Source: Candidatus Woesearchaeota archaeon (lineage in GTDB: Archaea; Nanobdellota; Nanobdellia; Pacearchaeales; GW2011-AR1). From it: a stretch of 44,044 nucleotides of DNA. Positions within the stretch are counted from its first letter, which is position 1; the number at the start of each line of letters is the position of its first letter. Shown here piece by piece: positions 7,107 to 15,637 of the stretch. The stretch is taken from assembly GCA_964617015.1 (NCBI GenBank), contig CAZTVG010000005.1:1-44044 (forward strand), in the 5' to 3' direction. The notes beneath the pieces were generated by a model, which saw only the letters and a program-made list of their open reading frames with translations, was not told where the DNA came from and ran no database searches. The position numbers were made by a program, and so were the translations under genes.

Positions 7107-8103
7107 CCGCTTCTATGACAACACTCGCCTCACCGATTATCGCAGGTGCCCACGCTATTTCTACTTCCGTCACGAGCGCGGTTGGGTACGGGAGGAGCCT
7201 GAGGCAGCCCCTGTTTTTGGTATATCCTGGGGCAGCGCAATGGATAGTCTCTGGCACGATATCGCTCTTAGCACGGACCACTACGACAAGGAGAAGATCC
7301 TCTTGAGGGCACTCGGTGCTTTTACAAGTACATGGGTTAAAGAGGGTATGCCAGCTCTGGATGAGATTGGACCTGAGGAGTACCAGCGTCTTGGAGCGCG
7401 CCACCCAGGGACAGCCCTGGAGATGCTCTATGCGTACTTCGAGCAACGAGAGGACTTCATTAAGAACAAGATAACTCTCCTAGCTATTGAAAGGCCGTTC
7501 GCTGTCCCTCTTGACCCCAATGACCCAACTCTCTTCTACGTTGGCAGGATGGATAAAGAGATAGAGATAGAGTGGAACGGGCGCGTATACCCCCTGGACC
7601 ATAAAACCACAGCTTCGTATGCTAAGTCTGGTGGGTTTAGGTCAATGTTCCTGGACAGCTTCTCCCCCAATAGTCAGGTGGAGGGTTATATCTTCTCTGC
7701 AAAGGTTGAGTACAAAGATAAACTGAAGGGAGTTCTTATAGACGCCGCACTTGTCCACAAAACAGAACAGGCCTTTAGGTTTATCCCTATTGAGAAGGAG
7801 TTTGAACAGATCGACGCCTGGCTCTGGGAGACGCATGATTGGATTAGGAAGATTGAGGCGGACAAAGCTGCCCTGTTTAGGGGGGAGGAAAAACATAAAA
7901 GGGGAGGCTCTCCTCCTTACCTAAGCGCCTTCCCAAAGAACACAAACTCCTGCCACGCTTACAACAGGCCATGCCCCTATCTCGACCCATGCAGGATGTG
8001 GCCGAACCCAATTGGTAAAGATCTCCCACCTGGGTTTAAGGAGAGCAGATGGTCTCCGTTTGAGAAATTGGGCTTGAGTGAGTTGGGATTGTCAGAGGGG
8101 TGA
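7099..8103 (+). CDS. PD-(D/E)XK exonuclease, RecB/Cas4-like with Fe-S cysteines
   Basis: N-terminal RRCPRYFY, core GRMD...LDHKT, C-terminal C-x6-C-x5-C. Confidence 0.85.
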   Translation: MTDRFYDNTRLTDYRRCPRYFYFRHERGWVREEPEAAPVFGISWGSAMDSLWHDIALSTDHYDKEKILLRALGAFTSTWVKEGMPALDEIGPEEYQRLGARHPGTALEMLYAYFEQREDFIKNKITLLAIERPFAVPLDPNDPTLFYVGRMDKEIEIEWNGRVYPLDHKTTASYAKSGGFRSMFLDSFSPNSQVEGYIFSAKVEYKDKLKGVLIDAALVHKTEQAFRFIPIEKEFEQIDAWLWETHDWIRKIEADKAALFRGEEKHKRGGSPPYLSAFPKNTNSCHAYNRPCPYLDPCRMWPNPIGKDLPPGFKESRWSPFEKLGLSELGLSEG

Positions 8104-8198
8104 CCTACTCTGATCTTGGGATAGCATTTATCGTGCTGCTAATCCTTGGTCTGACGCTGCTAAACGTCATACTAACAATATGGAGTATATCACAGTGA
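8100..8198 (+). CDS. Single-TM micro-protein (32 aa)
   Basis: GTGA-coupled to the nuclease; hydrophobic LGIAFIVLLILGLTLLNVILTIW; stop overlaps a GTG start of neuC. Confidence 0.5.
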   Translation: MTYSDLGIAFIVLLILGLTLLNVILTIWSISQ

Positions 8199-9328
8199 GA
8201 AGAATAATGGGGTTGACCGGGAAGAGGGGAGGTTACGGAGCTATGCGACCCATGCTGCGTCTAATGAGGGACGACCCTGAACTGGAATTGCAACTAGTTA
8301 CAACTGACATGCACCTAAAGGAGGAATTCGGGTTCACCTTGAACGAGGTAGAGGAGGACTTTGGAGATTCTATTGAGAAGATATTTATGAATATACAAGG
8401 GAGAGAAAGTAGGGCTGAGCAGCTGGCTGAACTCCACTTATGCCTCGCCACGATGTTTGGCCGAAGTGTACCGGATATCTTGGTTCTTATGGGTGATAGA
8501 GCAGAGAGCCTGATCGCAGCCGTTGTTGCAACTCAGTTCAACGTCCCCATCGCCCATATACAAGGGGGCGACACAACAGGAGGTATCGACAATCCCCAGA
8601 GAAACGCGATATCGAAGCTGGCACATGTTCACTTCACTTCGTGCCAGAGGAGTACACACGAACTGTGTATTTTGAACGAACTCCCTTGGCGCATCCACGA
8701 AGTTGGGGATCTCCACATTGATCCTATTGTACAGGGGGACTTTCTTCCGCAAGTCGAGGTGCGTGATAGGCTCGACCTTGGTAAACTAAGCCCTAGTGTT
8801 CCTATTATAACTGTGCTCCAGCACCCAGATACATACAATCCCACTGTATCGGGTGAACAGATGCAAATCACGCTCCAAGGAGTTGCCAGGGCTGTTAGTG
8901 ACAGAAATGTCGTGTGTATCTACCCCTGCTCAGATCAAGGGTACAAAGGGATAATTGACGAGCTAGAAGAATTTAGAGTCTATTCGGGACTGGCCCAAGT
9001 TCACAAGAACCTCCCGTCCCCCCTATTTCTTGGTCTATTAAACGTAACAGACGTGATCGTCGGCAACTCCTCTTCCGGGGTCATAGAGGCTCCATACTTC
9101 GGCCTCCGAGCGGTTGATATAGGCTATAGACAGAAGGGTAGATTGAGTTGCGATCTCACAAAGTGGGTTCCGCATGATTCTAACTTGATAGCCAAGGCCA
9201 TAAAGGAGAGTATAGAGACCGGACCTGGTAAGGTCAACAACACCCTGTATGGTGACGGCCACGCAGGGGAGAGGGTTGTTAAGGTACTCAAGGAACTGGA
9301 GATCAACAACAGGTTACTAAGAAAATGA
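8180..9328 (+). CDS. neuC: UDP-N-acetylglucosamine 2-epimerase, hydrolysing (NeuC family); likely start GTG 8195
   Basis: TGKRGGYG, GDRAE, HIQGGD, DNPQRNAISKLAHVHF, VGNSSSGVIEAP, IGYRQKGR motifs. Confidence 0.9.
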   Translation: MEYITVRRIMGLTGKRGGYGAMRPMLRLMRDDPELELQLVTTDMHLKEEFGFTLNEVEEDFGDSIEKIFMNIQGRESRAEQLAELHLCLATMFGRSVPDILVLMGDRAESLIAAVVATQFNVPIAHIQGGDTTGGIDNPQRNAISKLAHVHFTSCQRSTHELCILNELPWRIHEVGDLHIDPIVQGDFLPQVEVRDRLDLGKLSPSVPIITVLQHPDTYNPTVSGEQMQITLQGVARAVSDRNVVCIYPCSDQGYKGIIDELEEFRVYSGLAQVHKNLPSPLFLGLLNVTDVIVGNSSSGVIEAPYFGLRAVDIGYRQKGRLSCDLTKWVPHDSNLIAKAIKESIETGPGKVNNTLYGDGHAGERVVKVLKELEINNRLLRK

Positions 9329-9408
9329 ACGGAGATCTATTTCGTGTTGTGGCGTTTGTAGTTGTAGTGTGGCTTCTCGTGATCTCCCTCGCTATAAACT
9401 TGCTTTGA
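9325..9408 (+). CDS. Single-TM micro-protein (27 aa)
   Basis: ATGA-coupled to neuC; VVAFVVVVWLLVISLAINLL; stop overlaps repeat copy 4. Confidence 0.5.
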   Translation: MNGDLFRVVAFVVVVWLLVISLAINLL

Positions 9409-9425
9409 TTTAATTTCGTTCAAAC
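9403..9425. repeat. 23-bp repeat, copy 4 (reverse orientation)
   Basis: CTTTGATTTAATTTCGTTCAAAC followed by GAACT. Confidence 0.9.
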
Positions 9426-9437
9426 GAACTTGATATT

Positions 9438-10388
9438 ATGAAAAAGCCTGTTCTCCTTATTCAACCTGATTTAGTGTATCAGGAGAGCACTCTTCAGTAT
9501 ATGTCCGAAGAGTTCTCTCTGATGGGCTACGACGAGCTGGATAGTGAGAACTCCAACTTAGTGACAGTCATCTTCGCACCAAGACCATTCCCACTTGGTC
9601 TCTTCGTTAGAGACTTCCCAAATCTCAAGGTGATCGTATCCAACACAACATCCGTTGACCATCTCCCTATTAAAGAGGCAGAAGAAAGGGGAATAAAGAT
9701 AATCTCTCTCACTGACGACCGTGAGTTTCTTGAACAGATAACATGCACGGCTGAACACACGCTGGGTCTTATTATGGCAGCACACAGGAGGATACCAGCA
9801 GCTCATGCTGATGTGTGCGAGGGGAACTGGGATCGGACGAAGTGGAGGGCACCAAGGATGCTCTCTAAGATGAACCTTGGTGTGGTAGGAGCGGGCAGAG
9901 TAGGAGCCCACGTTGCCGGTATATGCAGTGGTATCTTCGAGTTAGTAAGGTGGTACGATCCCTATTACGACCCTAATTGGCTGGCCCCCTTATTCTACAA
10001 AGGCAAGGAGAGGGCCCACTCCCTGAACGGACTTGCCATCGATACGGATGTCCTCTGTATCTGTGCTGGACCGAGACAGGGGAGTATGGAGGTCATAGAT
10101 AGAGAGGTTCTCCGCCACCTTCGTCCAGGCGCAATAGTCGTCAACACAGCTCGCGCCGGACTTCTAGATGAGGATGCCCTGATTGACCTCCTTATAAGTG
10201 GTCATGTCCGTGCAGCTGCCCTCGATACTGCAAAGGGAGAGCCCCAAATATCCCCTAAGCTCGTGGCCTACGCGCAAGCTAGCAACAACCTCATCCTCAC
10301 CCCTCACATAGCTGGCTCAACAGAGGACGCCCTTGCCACGACTGAGAGGAGGGTGCTGGAGAAGGCACTGGAGACCCTAAATGGATAG
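9438..10388 (+). CDS. D-isomer-specific 2-hydroxyacid dehydrogenase (SerA-like fold)
   Basis: NTTSVDH, TAEHTLGLI, GVVGAGRVG Rossmann motif, VVNTARAG, ALDTAKGEP, LILTPHIAG. Confidence 0.9.
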   Translation: MKKPVLLIQPDLVYQESTLQYMSEEFSLMGYDELDSENSNLVTVIFAPRPFPLGLFVRDFPNLKVIVSNTTSVDHLPIKEAEERGIKIISLTDDREFLEQITCTAEHTLGLIMAAHRRIPAAHADVCEGNWDRTKWRAPRMLSKMNLGVVGAGRVGAHVAGICSGIFELVRWYDPYYDPNWLAPLFYKGKERAHSLNGLAIDTDVLCICAGPRQGSMEVIDREVLRHLRPGAIVVNTARAGLLDEDALIDLLISGHVRAAALDTAKGEPQISPKLVAYAQASNNLILTPHIAGSTEDALATTERRVLEKALETLNG

Positions 10389-10662
10389 GCAGAAAGTAAG
10401 TAAAGCAACATTAGAAAGGTTCGGAGGTGAAGTGACGAGGATAGCTGAAACTCTGGGACTGGACAATGAAAACTTCCTGAAATGTCTGCTAATAGTAGCT
10501 GCTTGGGTGTTCGTCCATGATAATCCAGAGCAATCGGATGAAGCTATTATAAGTAAGTTGTCCGATAGAAAGTTGTTAGGGCTATCCATATCTGTAGCAA
10601 GGGGTGTAGAGGGAGATTCCCACAGTGCAATGGATACCCCCTCTTGGGAGACGATACATTGA
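10381..10662 (+). CDS. Hypothetical protein (93 aa)
   Basis: Overlaps both neighbours, same strand. Confidence 0.5.
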   Translation: MDRQKVSKATLERFGGEVTRIAETLGLDNENFLKCLLIVAAWVFVHDNPEQSDEAIISKLSDRKLLGLSISVARGVEGDSHSAMDTPSWETIH

Positions 10663-11432
10663 AATTAACAATCTTAGTCCCCGCACGAGGAGAATCTAAA
10701 AACGTAATGCCTGTGAACGGCATCCCACTGGTTAAATACGCCCTTGCTGTCGCAGACAGGATCACCTCAGCAGGGGAGGTAAGCTACGGGACGATACACG
10801 GGATCGAAGGAGAAGCAGCAACTGCTACAACCACAGAGAGTAACATAAAGGCCTTCTGTTCAACGAACGACCTAACTATAATCCCGATGATTAAGAAATA
10901 CTCGTATGTCGCCCTGGACCACAGGCCACCCATGTACTGTCAAGGGGACCGGGGTGTTCACAACTGGGTTGCCGATTACTTTCTCCCTCGCTATGGCACT
11001 CCAGACTACCTAGCTCTAATTCAGCCAACCAATCCGTTTGTATCAGTCGGTGTGTTTGAGAAGGCTCTCCTGGCAATCTCGTCTGGGAGGAGGGACGTAG
11101 CATCTGTTCAGACAGTACATCAAGTTCCCCACATATATCACGCCTGGAATCAACGGCGCCGCCTTGGTGGTAGAGCCAACAGGACAGTGGAGTGGGTGTT
11201 CCCAAAAGTGGGAAAAACAAGCTGGGGTAAGGAAGGGAAACCGGAGTATTATGCATTTAGCAATCTTGTTATCGTCAAACCAGATGCCCTGATAGAACAG
11301 AAGACATTCTTCGCAGAGCCATCTATACCGTTGGTGGTGTCGAGGGCAGAGTCACTCGACATCGACACCCTTGAAGATGTTGCTGTTGCTGAGACGTATA
11401 TCAGGGAAAAGTTGGTGGAGGTCTATATATGA
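10644..11432 (+). CDS. neuA: Acylneuraminate cytidylyltransferase (NeuA/CMP-nonulosonate synthetase family), divergent P-loop
   Basis: LVPARGESK, NGIPLVKY, LIQPTNPF, LDIDTLED motifs. Confidence 0.8.
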   Translation: MGDDTLKLTILVPARGESKNVMPVNGIPLVKYALAVADRITSAGEVSYGTIHGIEGEAATATTTESNIKAFCSTNDLTIIPMIKKYSYVALDHRPPMYCQGDRGVHNWVADYFLPRYGTPDYLALIQPTNPFVSVGVFEKALLAISSGRRDVASVQTVHQVPHIYHAWNQRRRLGGRANRTVEWVFPKVGKTSWGKEGKPEYYAFSNLVIVKPDALIEQKTFFAEPSIPLVVSRAESLDIDTLEDVAVAETYIREKLVEVYI

Positions 11433-12586
11433 AAATCTTGATTCTGGGTGGAGCTGGGTATTTAGGCTGGCCGAGCGCGTTGTACCTCGCAGCAAGGGAC
11501 CATGAAGTGGGGATAGTAGATAACATCGTGAAGGAGAAGTGGGAGAAGATAGCTGGTGTCAAGCCTCTAGAACCCTATGTTCTCATGGTCAATCGTATGA
11601 AGGCGTGGGATGAGCGGGAACGCTGGCTCCAAGGCATGAGTCATATAGGTATAGATATCAGCGCCGAGCCCGGTCTGCTAAGTAAGAATCTGCGCCTTCT
11701 CAAACCCGAAGTGATAATCCACTACGCAGAACAACCGTCTGCTCCTTACTCCATGATGAACGACTCTGCCTGTTATGAGACCCAAAGGAACAATATACTC
11801 GGTACACTGAATCTCATACTGGCTGTTAGGGAGTGTTGTCCAGACGCACATATTGTTAAACTGGGTACAATGGGTGAGTACGGAGTGCCTAATATAGATA
11901 TAGAGGAAGGCTGGTTGGATGTTGAATATAAAGGGAGAAAGGACAACGTACTATTTCCCAAGAGGCCAGGATCTTTCTATCACTTGTCCAAAGTGCATGA
12001 CAGCCATAACCTTGAGTTTGCGTGTAGGACATGGGGACTTAGGGTCACTGATCTCAACCAAGGTATCGTTTACGGAACAGGGACGGTGGAGACAGACTTA
12101 CATCCAAATCTCCGAACCAGTTTCCACTACGACCACATCTTCGGGACTGTCCTAAACCGCTTTGTGACAGAAGCCGCTCTGGAACTCCCCTTGACAGTGT
12201 ACGGAAGTGGGAACCAGAGGAGGTGCTTCATCAGTATACTCGACGTAATGAAGTGTATTGAGCTAGTCTGCCTCAACCCACCCGCACCTGGGGAGTTCAG
12301 GGTATTTAATCAGTTCACAGAGGTAATTTCCCTCAAGAGGCTTGCTGTTCTGGTATCTGGAGTTGCCAAGTGTATGGGTCTGACGGGGAGTGTGGCAAAT
12401 CTAGAGAACCCAAGAGTTGAGAGTGAGGACCACTATTATAACCCCTCCAACAGCTCCCTTCTAGGAATGGGACTTGAACCCCACGAGTTGTCGAGTGATA
12501 GGATTGAACAGATGATACACTTTGTATACAAGAGGCGGGAGCTGGTTAACACCTCAACCCTCAATCCAAGGGTGGGATGGAGGTGA
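11429..12586 (+). CDS. sqdB: UDP-sulfoquinovose synthase (SqdB/SQD1/Agl3 family)
   Basis: GGAGYLGW, HYAEQPSAPYSM, KLGTMGEYG, PGSFYHLSKVHDSHN, TDLNQGIVYG, FGTVLNRF are diagnostic of the family. Confidence 0.92.
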   Translation: MKILILGGAGYLGWPSALYLAARDHEVGIVDNIVKEKWEKIAGVKPLEPYVLMVNRMKAWDERERWLQGMSHIGIDISAEPGLLSKNLRLLKPEVIIHYAEQPSAPYSMMNDSACYETQRNNILGTLNLILAVRECCPDAHIVKLGTMGEYGVPNIDIEEGWLDVEYKGRKDNVLFPKRPGSFYHLSKVHDSHNLEFACRTWGLRVTDLNQGIVYGTGTVETDLHPNLRTSFHYDHIFGTVLNRFVTEAALELPLTVYGSGNQRRCFISILDVMKCIELVCLNPPAPGEFRVFNQFTEVISLKRLAVLVSGVAKCMGLTGSVANLENPRVESEDHYYNPSNSSLLGMGLEPHELSSDRIEQMIHFVYKRRELVNTSTLNPRVGWR

Positions 12587-12690
12587 TAGGACCGAATTTC
12601 AAGTTCTGGAAATATGACGGAACAGACTGGCTCTTTGCAATCGTTATACTTCTGCTACTTGGACTCGGCACATTGGAGTGGATGCAATAA
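12583..12690 (+). CDS. Single-TM micro-protein (35 aa)
   Basis: GTGA-coupled to sqdB; WLFAIVILLLLGLGTLEW. Confidence 0.5.
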   Translation: MIGPNFKFWKYDGTDWLFAIVILLLLGLGTLEWMQ

Positions 12691-13454
12691 GTCACATCAA
12701 GATAGGGAAAAGAAAGATCGGTCCAGGAGAGCCCTGCTATATCGTAGCAGAGGCTGGACTCACGCACCTTGGGAGTTTGGACCTCGCACTTAGTATACTT
12801 GAGGATGTGAGGATATCAGGGGCAGAGGCGTTTAAGACGCAAGTGTTCGCCGTTGAGAGTAAGACACACCGTATCGAGAGGGCCCTATCATACAAGTCAC
12901 TTGTGCAGATTAAGGAAGCCATAGGTAGCGACCTGCACTTTATATTGACCCCTCACGACCTCTACGGAGTTGGCGCGATACGGGATATCGGAGTGGATGC
13001 TGTCAAGCTGGGATCTGGCGCGAAGGGGAACCTTGAACTTGTCAGAGCTGTGGCCGCATTGGGGAAGCCGGTCATAGCTTCCCTTGGGGGATATAAAGAA
13101 GACGATCTGTCTCTTCTCCTTGACAACCTGGAGGGGTGCAACGTAGCTCTTCTGCACTGCGTCAGTAGGTATCCTGTACCTGTGGAAGAAGCCGATCTGG
13201 GGAAAATAGCCTATATCAGAACGTACGGTCGTCTAGTAGGCTACTCAGACCACTGTAAAGACGAGATGGCCTCCTGCATCGCAGTTGCACTTGGGGCGTG
13301 TATAATAGAGAGGCATGTGATGCCATCCTTCTGCGTCGGCGTAAAGACCTCAATGGATCAGAAGGTTAGCATCAGGGCAAACGAGTTTCGCAACTTCGTA
13401 TTAGAAATCCGAGCGACTGAAAGGATGATTGATGGACCGCTGGGATCAGATTAG
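12678..13454 (+). CDS. neuB: N-acylneuraminate/nonulosonate synthase (NeuB family), lacking the C-terminal SAF/antifreeze-like domain
   Basis: IVAEAGLTH, AFKTQ, VKLGSG, LLHCVSRYP, GYSDH, GACIIERH; only 258 aa. Confidence 0.88.
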   Translation: MDAISHIKIGKRKIGPGEPCYIVAEAGLTHLGSLDLALSILEDVRISGAEAFKTQVFAVESKTHRIERALSYKSLVQIKEAIGSDLHFILTPHDLYGVGAIRDIGVDAVKLGSGAKGNLELVRAVAALGKPVIASLGGYKEDDLSLLLDNLEGCNVALLHCVSRYPVPVEEADLGKIAYIRTYGRLVGYSDHCKDEMASCIAVALGACIIERHVMPSFCVGVKTSMDQKVSIRANEFRNFVLEIRATERMIDGPLGSD

Positions 13455-13893
13455 TGAACTCTGGGACCACCGGTTCCTAGACATGGCTGCCTTCGTTGCG
13501 AACTGGTCTAAGGACCCTTCGACAAAGTGCGGCGCTGTAATCGTGGACTGGTATAGGCGCATTGTCTCTATTGGATACAACGGCTTCCCACGAGGAGTGG
13601 TAGACAGTGATGAGCGCCTCCACGACAGAGAGACGAAGTACAAACTTGTTGTTCACGCCGAGAGAAACGCTCTCCTGTTTGCAAGGGGCCCCCTGATGGG
13701 ATATACCTTGTACACACACCCCTTCCTCTCCTGCTCCCAGTGTGCAGCTATGGTTATTCAGGTTGGCATATCAAGGGTAGTCGCACCATCTCTCAAGCAC
13801 GGGACTGAGACCTGGGAGAGGTGGAGAGAAGATGTTGAGTTAGCAAAGAGCATGTATCTAGAGGCTGGTGTCAAGGTCAAGTTGATTTATTAA
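13429..13893 (+). CDS. dCMP deaminase
   Basis: SKDPSTKCGAVI, GYNGFPRG, HAERNA, CSQC zinc ligands. Confidence 0.92.
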   Translation: MMDRWDQISELWDHRFLDMAAFVANWSKDPSTKCGAVIVDWYRRIVSIGYNGFPRGVVDSDERLHDRETKYKLVVHAERNALLFARGPLMGYTLYTHPFLSCSQCAAMVIQVGISRVVAPSLKHGTETWERWREDVELAKSMYLEAGVKVKLIY

Positions 13894-13895
13894 CG

Positions 13896-13925
13896 GTTGA
13901 CAACTTGGGATAAATATGTCAATAT
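13896..13925 (+). promoter_or_regulatory. Sigma70-like promoter with TTGACA-N14-TGTCAA palindrome, second copy
   Basis: GTTGACAACTTGGGATAAATATGTCAAT immediately after the deaminase stop. Confidence 0.65.
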
Positions 13926-13953
13926 ACGTGAACATACAGAACACAGGTGAGAA

Positions 13954-14196
13954 ATGTATGAGCTAACTGGCCGCAAGGTCTATCGTAAGTTGACGTTCGC
14001 ACGGGCAGGAAATCCCTGTGCGGTTTCCCAAGTAGTCTCTGTGAGTGGAGAGGAGACAAGTCGGACTATAAAGACGAACACTGGTCCCATTGTACTCGAG
14101 GAAGGGATGTGGGTTGTTGAGTACCTAACATCCCCTCACTTGTTTGTCTGGCTCAACAGTGTGTTTCAGCGGCATTTTGAGGCCGTAAGTGCCTAA
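13954..14196 (+). CDS. Hypothetical protein (80 aa)
   Basis: SD AGGTGA; directly downstream of the promoter. Confidence 0.6.
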   Translation: MYELTGRKVYRKLTFARAGNPCAVSQVVSVSGEETSRTIKTNTGPIVLEEGMWVVEYLTSPHLFVWLNSVFQRHFEAVSA

Positions 14197-15022
14197 CACC
14201 AAGGATATAGACCCCTCAACCCCCTGGACGATCTTCGTTGCTGGACCGGGAGGGTCAGGGAAGACGACTCAGATATGGACGCTCCCTGGTAAGAAGTTCG
14301 CGTACCTTTTTGATCCAAACGCTAAGAAGTCGCTTGAAGGTTTGGACCTGGACTACGAGATGTTCCTTCCGGACATGTTCGAGCTTGACTTCACCATCAA
14401 AGGCTTTAGTAAACAGGCCAGACAGGACGACAAACCTATCAGGGCGAACATAGAACCAACTATGTACATGCGCTGGGTTGACGATCTGAATAAGAGAGAG
14501 AAGTCTGGATTCTTTGATCTCTTTGACTGGGTGTGTATAGACAGTGTGACCTTTCTGGGAAGGGGGTTGATGGATAGGAACTTGTTTATCAACAACAGAT
14601 TAGGGAAGGAAGAGGAGATTGCTGATTATAAGATAGTTGGGGGGAAGTTATCTAGTATATTCCGCACAATAACTGGGGGGTTGGGCAAGAACCTCTATTG
14701 CACCGGACACCTACAGACCTACCAAGATGATAAGACGAAGCGGATAGAAACACAGCTGTTCCTTCCAGGTTCAGCGAGGGTTCTTCTCCCTCTTCTGTTC
14801 GACAATGTACTCCTAGCTGGGACAACACAGCCTGAGGACAAGGACGAGGTACTTTACGATATAAGGACAACCCCTGACAACAGAGGACTAAAGAATATAA
14901 GGTGTTCCATCCCCGACCTTAATACCTTTGAGGATGTCACTATTAAGGATTTCAACCGCCCTGAGGAGTATGGTATTGGGGCAATTCTGGAACGCGCTAA
15001 GGAGCGCAGAAAGGCAGCTTGA
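14189..15022 (+). CDS. AAA/RecA-like ATPase (Sak4/AAA_24-type recombination protein)
   Basis: Walker A GPGGSGKT, Walker B WVCIDS, YCTGH, FDNV. Confidence 0.8.
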   Translation: MPNTKDIDPSTPWTIFVAGPGGSGKTTQIWTLPGKKFAYLFDPNAKKSLEGLDLDYEMFLPDMFELDFTIKGFSKQARQDDKPIRANIEPTMYMRWVDDLNKREKSGFFDLFDWVCIDSVTFLGRGLMDRNLFINNRLGKEEEIADYKIVGGKLSSIFRTITGGLGKNLYCTGHLQTYQDDKTKRIETQLFLPGSARVLLPLLFDNVLLAGTTQPEDKDEVLYDIRTTPDNRGLKNIRCSIPDLNTFEDVTIKDFNRPEEYGIGAILERAKERRKAA

Positions 15023-15035
15023 AAGGAATACAGAG

Positions 15036-15464
15036 ATGCCATTCGTTGAGGCCGCACTTGATGTACAGGAGAGAGAAGTAGTAGCAGAGGGGGAATATGA
15101 CCTCCGCTGTGGGAACGTGGACCACACTCGCCAAGAGGACGAGAACAACCCACGTATAGTTGTTATTGTCAACATCGAAGGGAACCCAGATGCAGCGCCA
15201 ATCTGGCACACCCTATGGCTATCCAACAAGAACTCAGACCCAGAGCGTAGAGCAGACAACGACCGTGCTAACAGGCGGTTTATGGAGGTGTTCAATATCC
15301 CATACGAGGCCACTGGATTCAACAGTGACGACATTCCTGGGTCAGTTGGGAAGTGCTTGGTTGTTCAGCAGGAAGGGGACGACAAGGTGATACGCAACAA
15401 GTTGAGGCTCCCCTACCTCTCGGCAACCCCTCAGACAGAAACTGGTAAGAGGAGAAGGGCATGA
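15036..15464 (+). CDS. Putative single-stranded DNA-binding protein (DUF669-like); start at 15036
   Basis: SD GAAAGGA; VAEGEYDLRC motif; position after the ATPase typical of phage recombination modules. Confidence 0.6.
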   Translation: MPFVEAALDVQEREVVAEGEYDLRCGNVDHTRQEDENNPRIVVIVNIEGNPDAAPIWHTLWLSNKNSDPERRADNDRANRRFMEVFNIPYEATGFNSDDIPGSVGKCLVVQQEGDDKVIRNKLRLPYLSATPQTETGKRRRA

Positions 15465-15637
15465 TGAAGGGATATAAGACGGTCGTTCTAGCAGGCTTCG
15501 GACTTGTGTTCGCTATGCTCCAAACTCTGGGTGTCATAGTGCCACAGGATGAGCAGGCTGCTATCCAGACCGGCGGGGTAAGCCTCTTAATGCTCATTAT
15601 GAGACTTGTTACCAGTACCCCGGTGGGGGAGAAGTGA
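15461..15637 (+). CDS. Two-TM holin-like protein (58 aa), not in ORF track
   Basis: MMKGYKTVVLAGFGLVFAMLQTLGV...LLMLIMRLVTSTPVGEK; ATGA/GTGA-coupled on both sides. Confidence 0.55.
   Translation: MMKGYKTVVLAGFGLVFAMLQTLGVIVPQDEQAAIQTGGVSLLMLIMRLVTSTPVGEK

Noticed and set aside
661-8200. Similar N-termini MKYITVR (661) and MEYITVR (8180)
   Set aside because: neuC probably starts at GTG 8195, so MEYITV is likely untranslated; DNA similarity is weak.
2529-8680. Half-sites GTTTGAACGA (2529) and TTTTGAACGAA (8670)
   Set aside because: Only one arm matches; not counted as full copies, though they could be weak sites.
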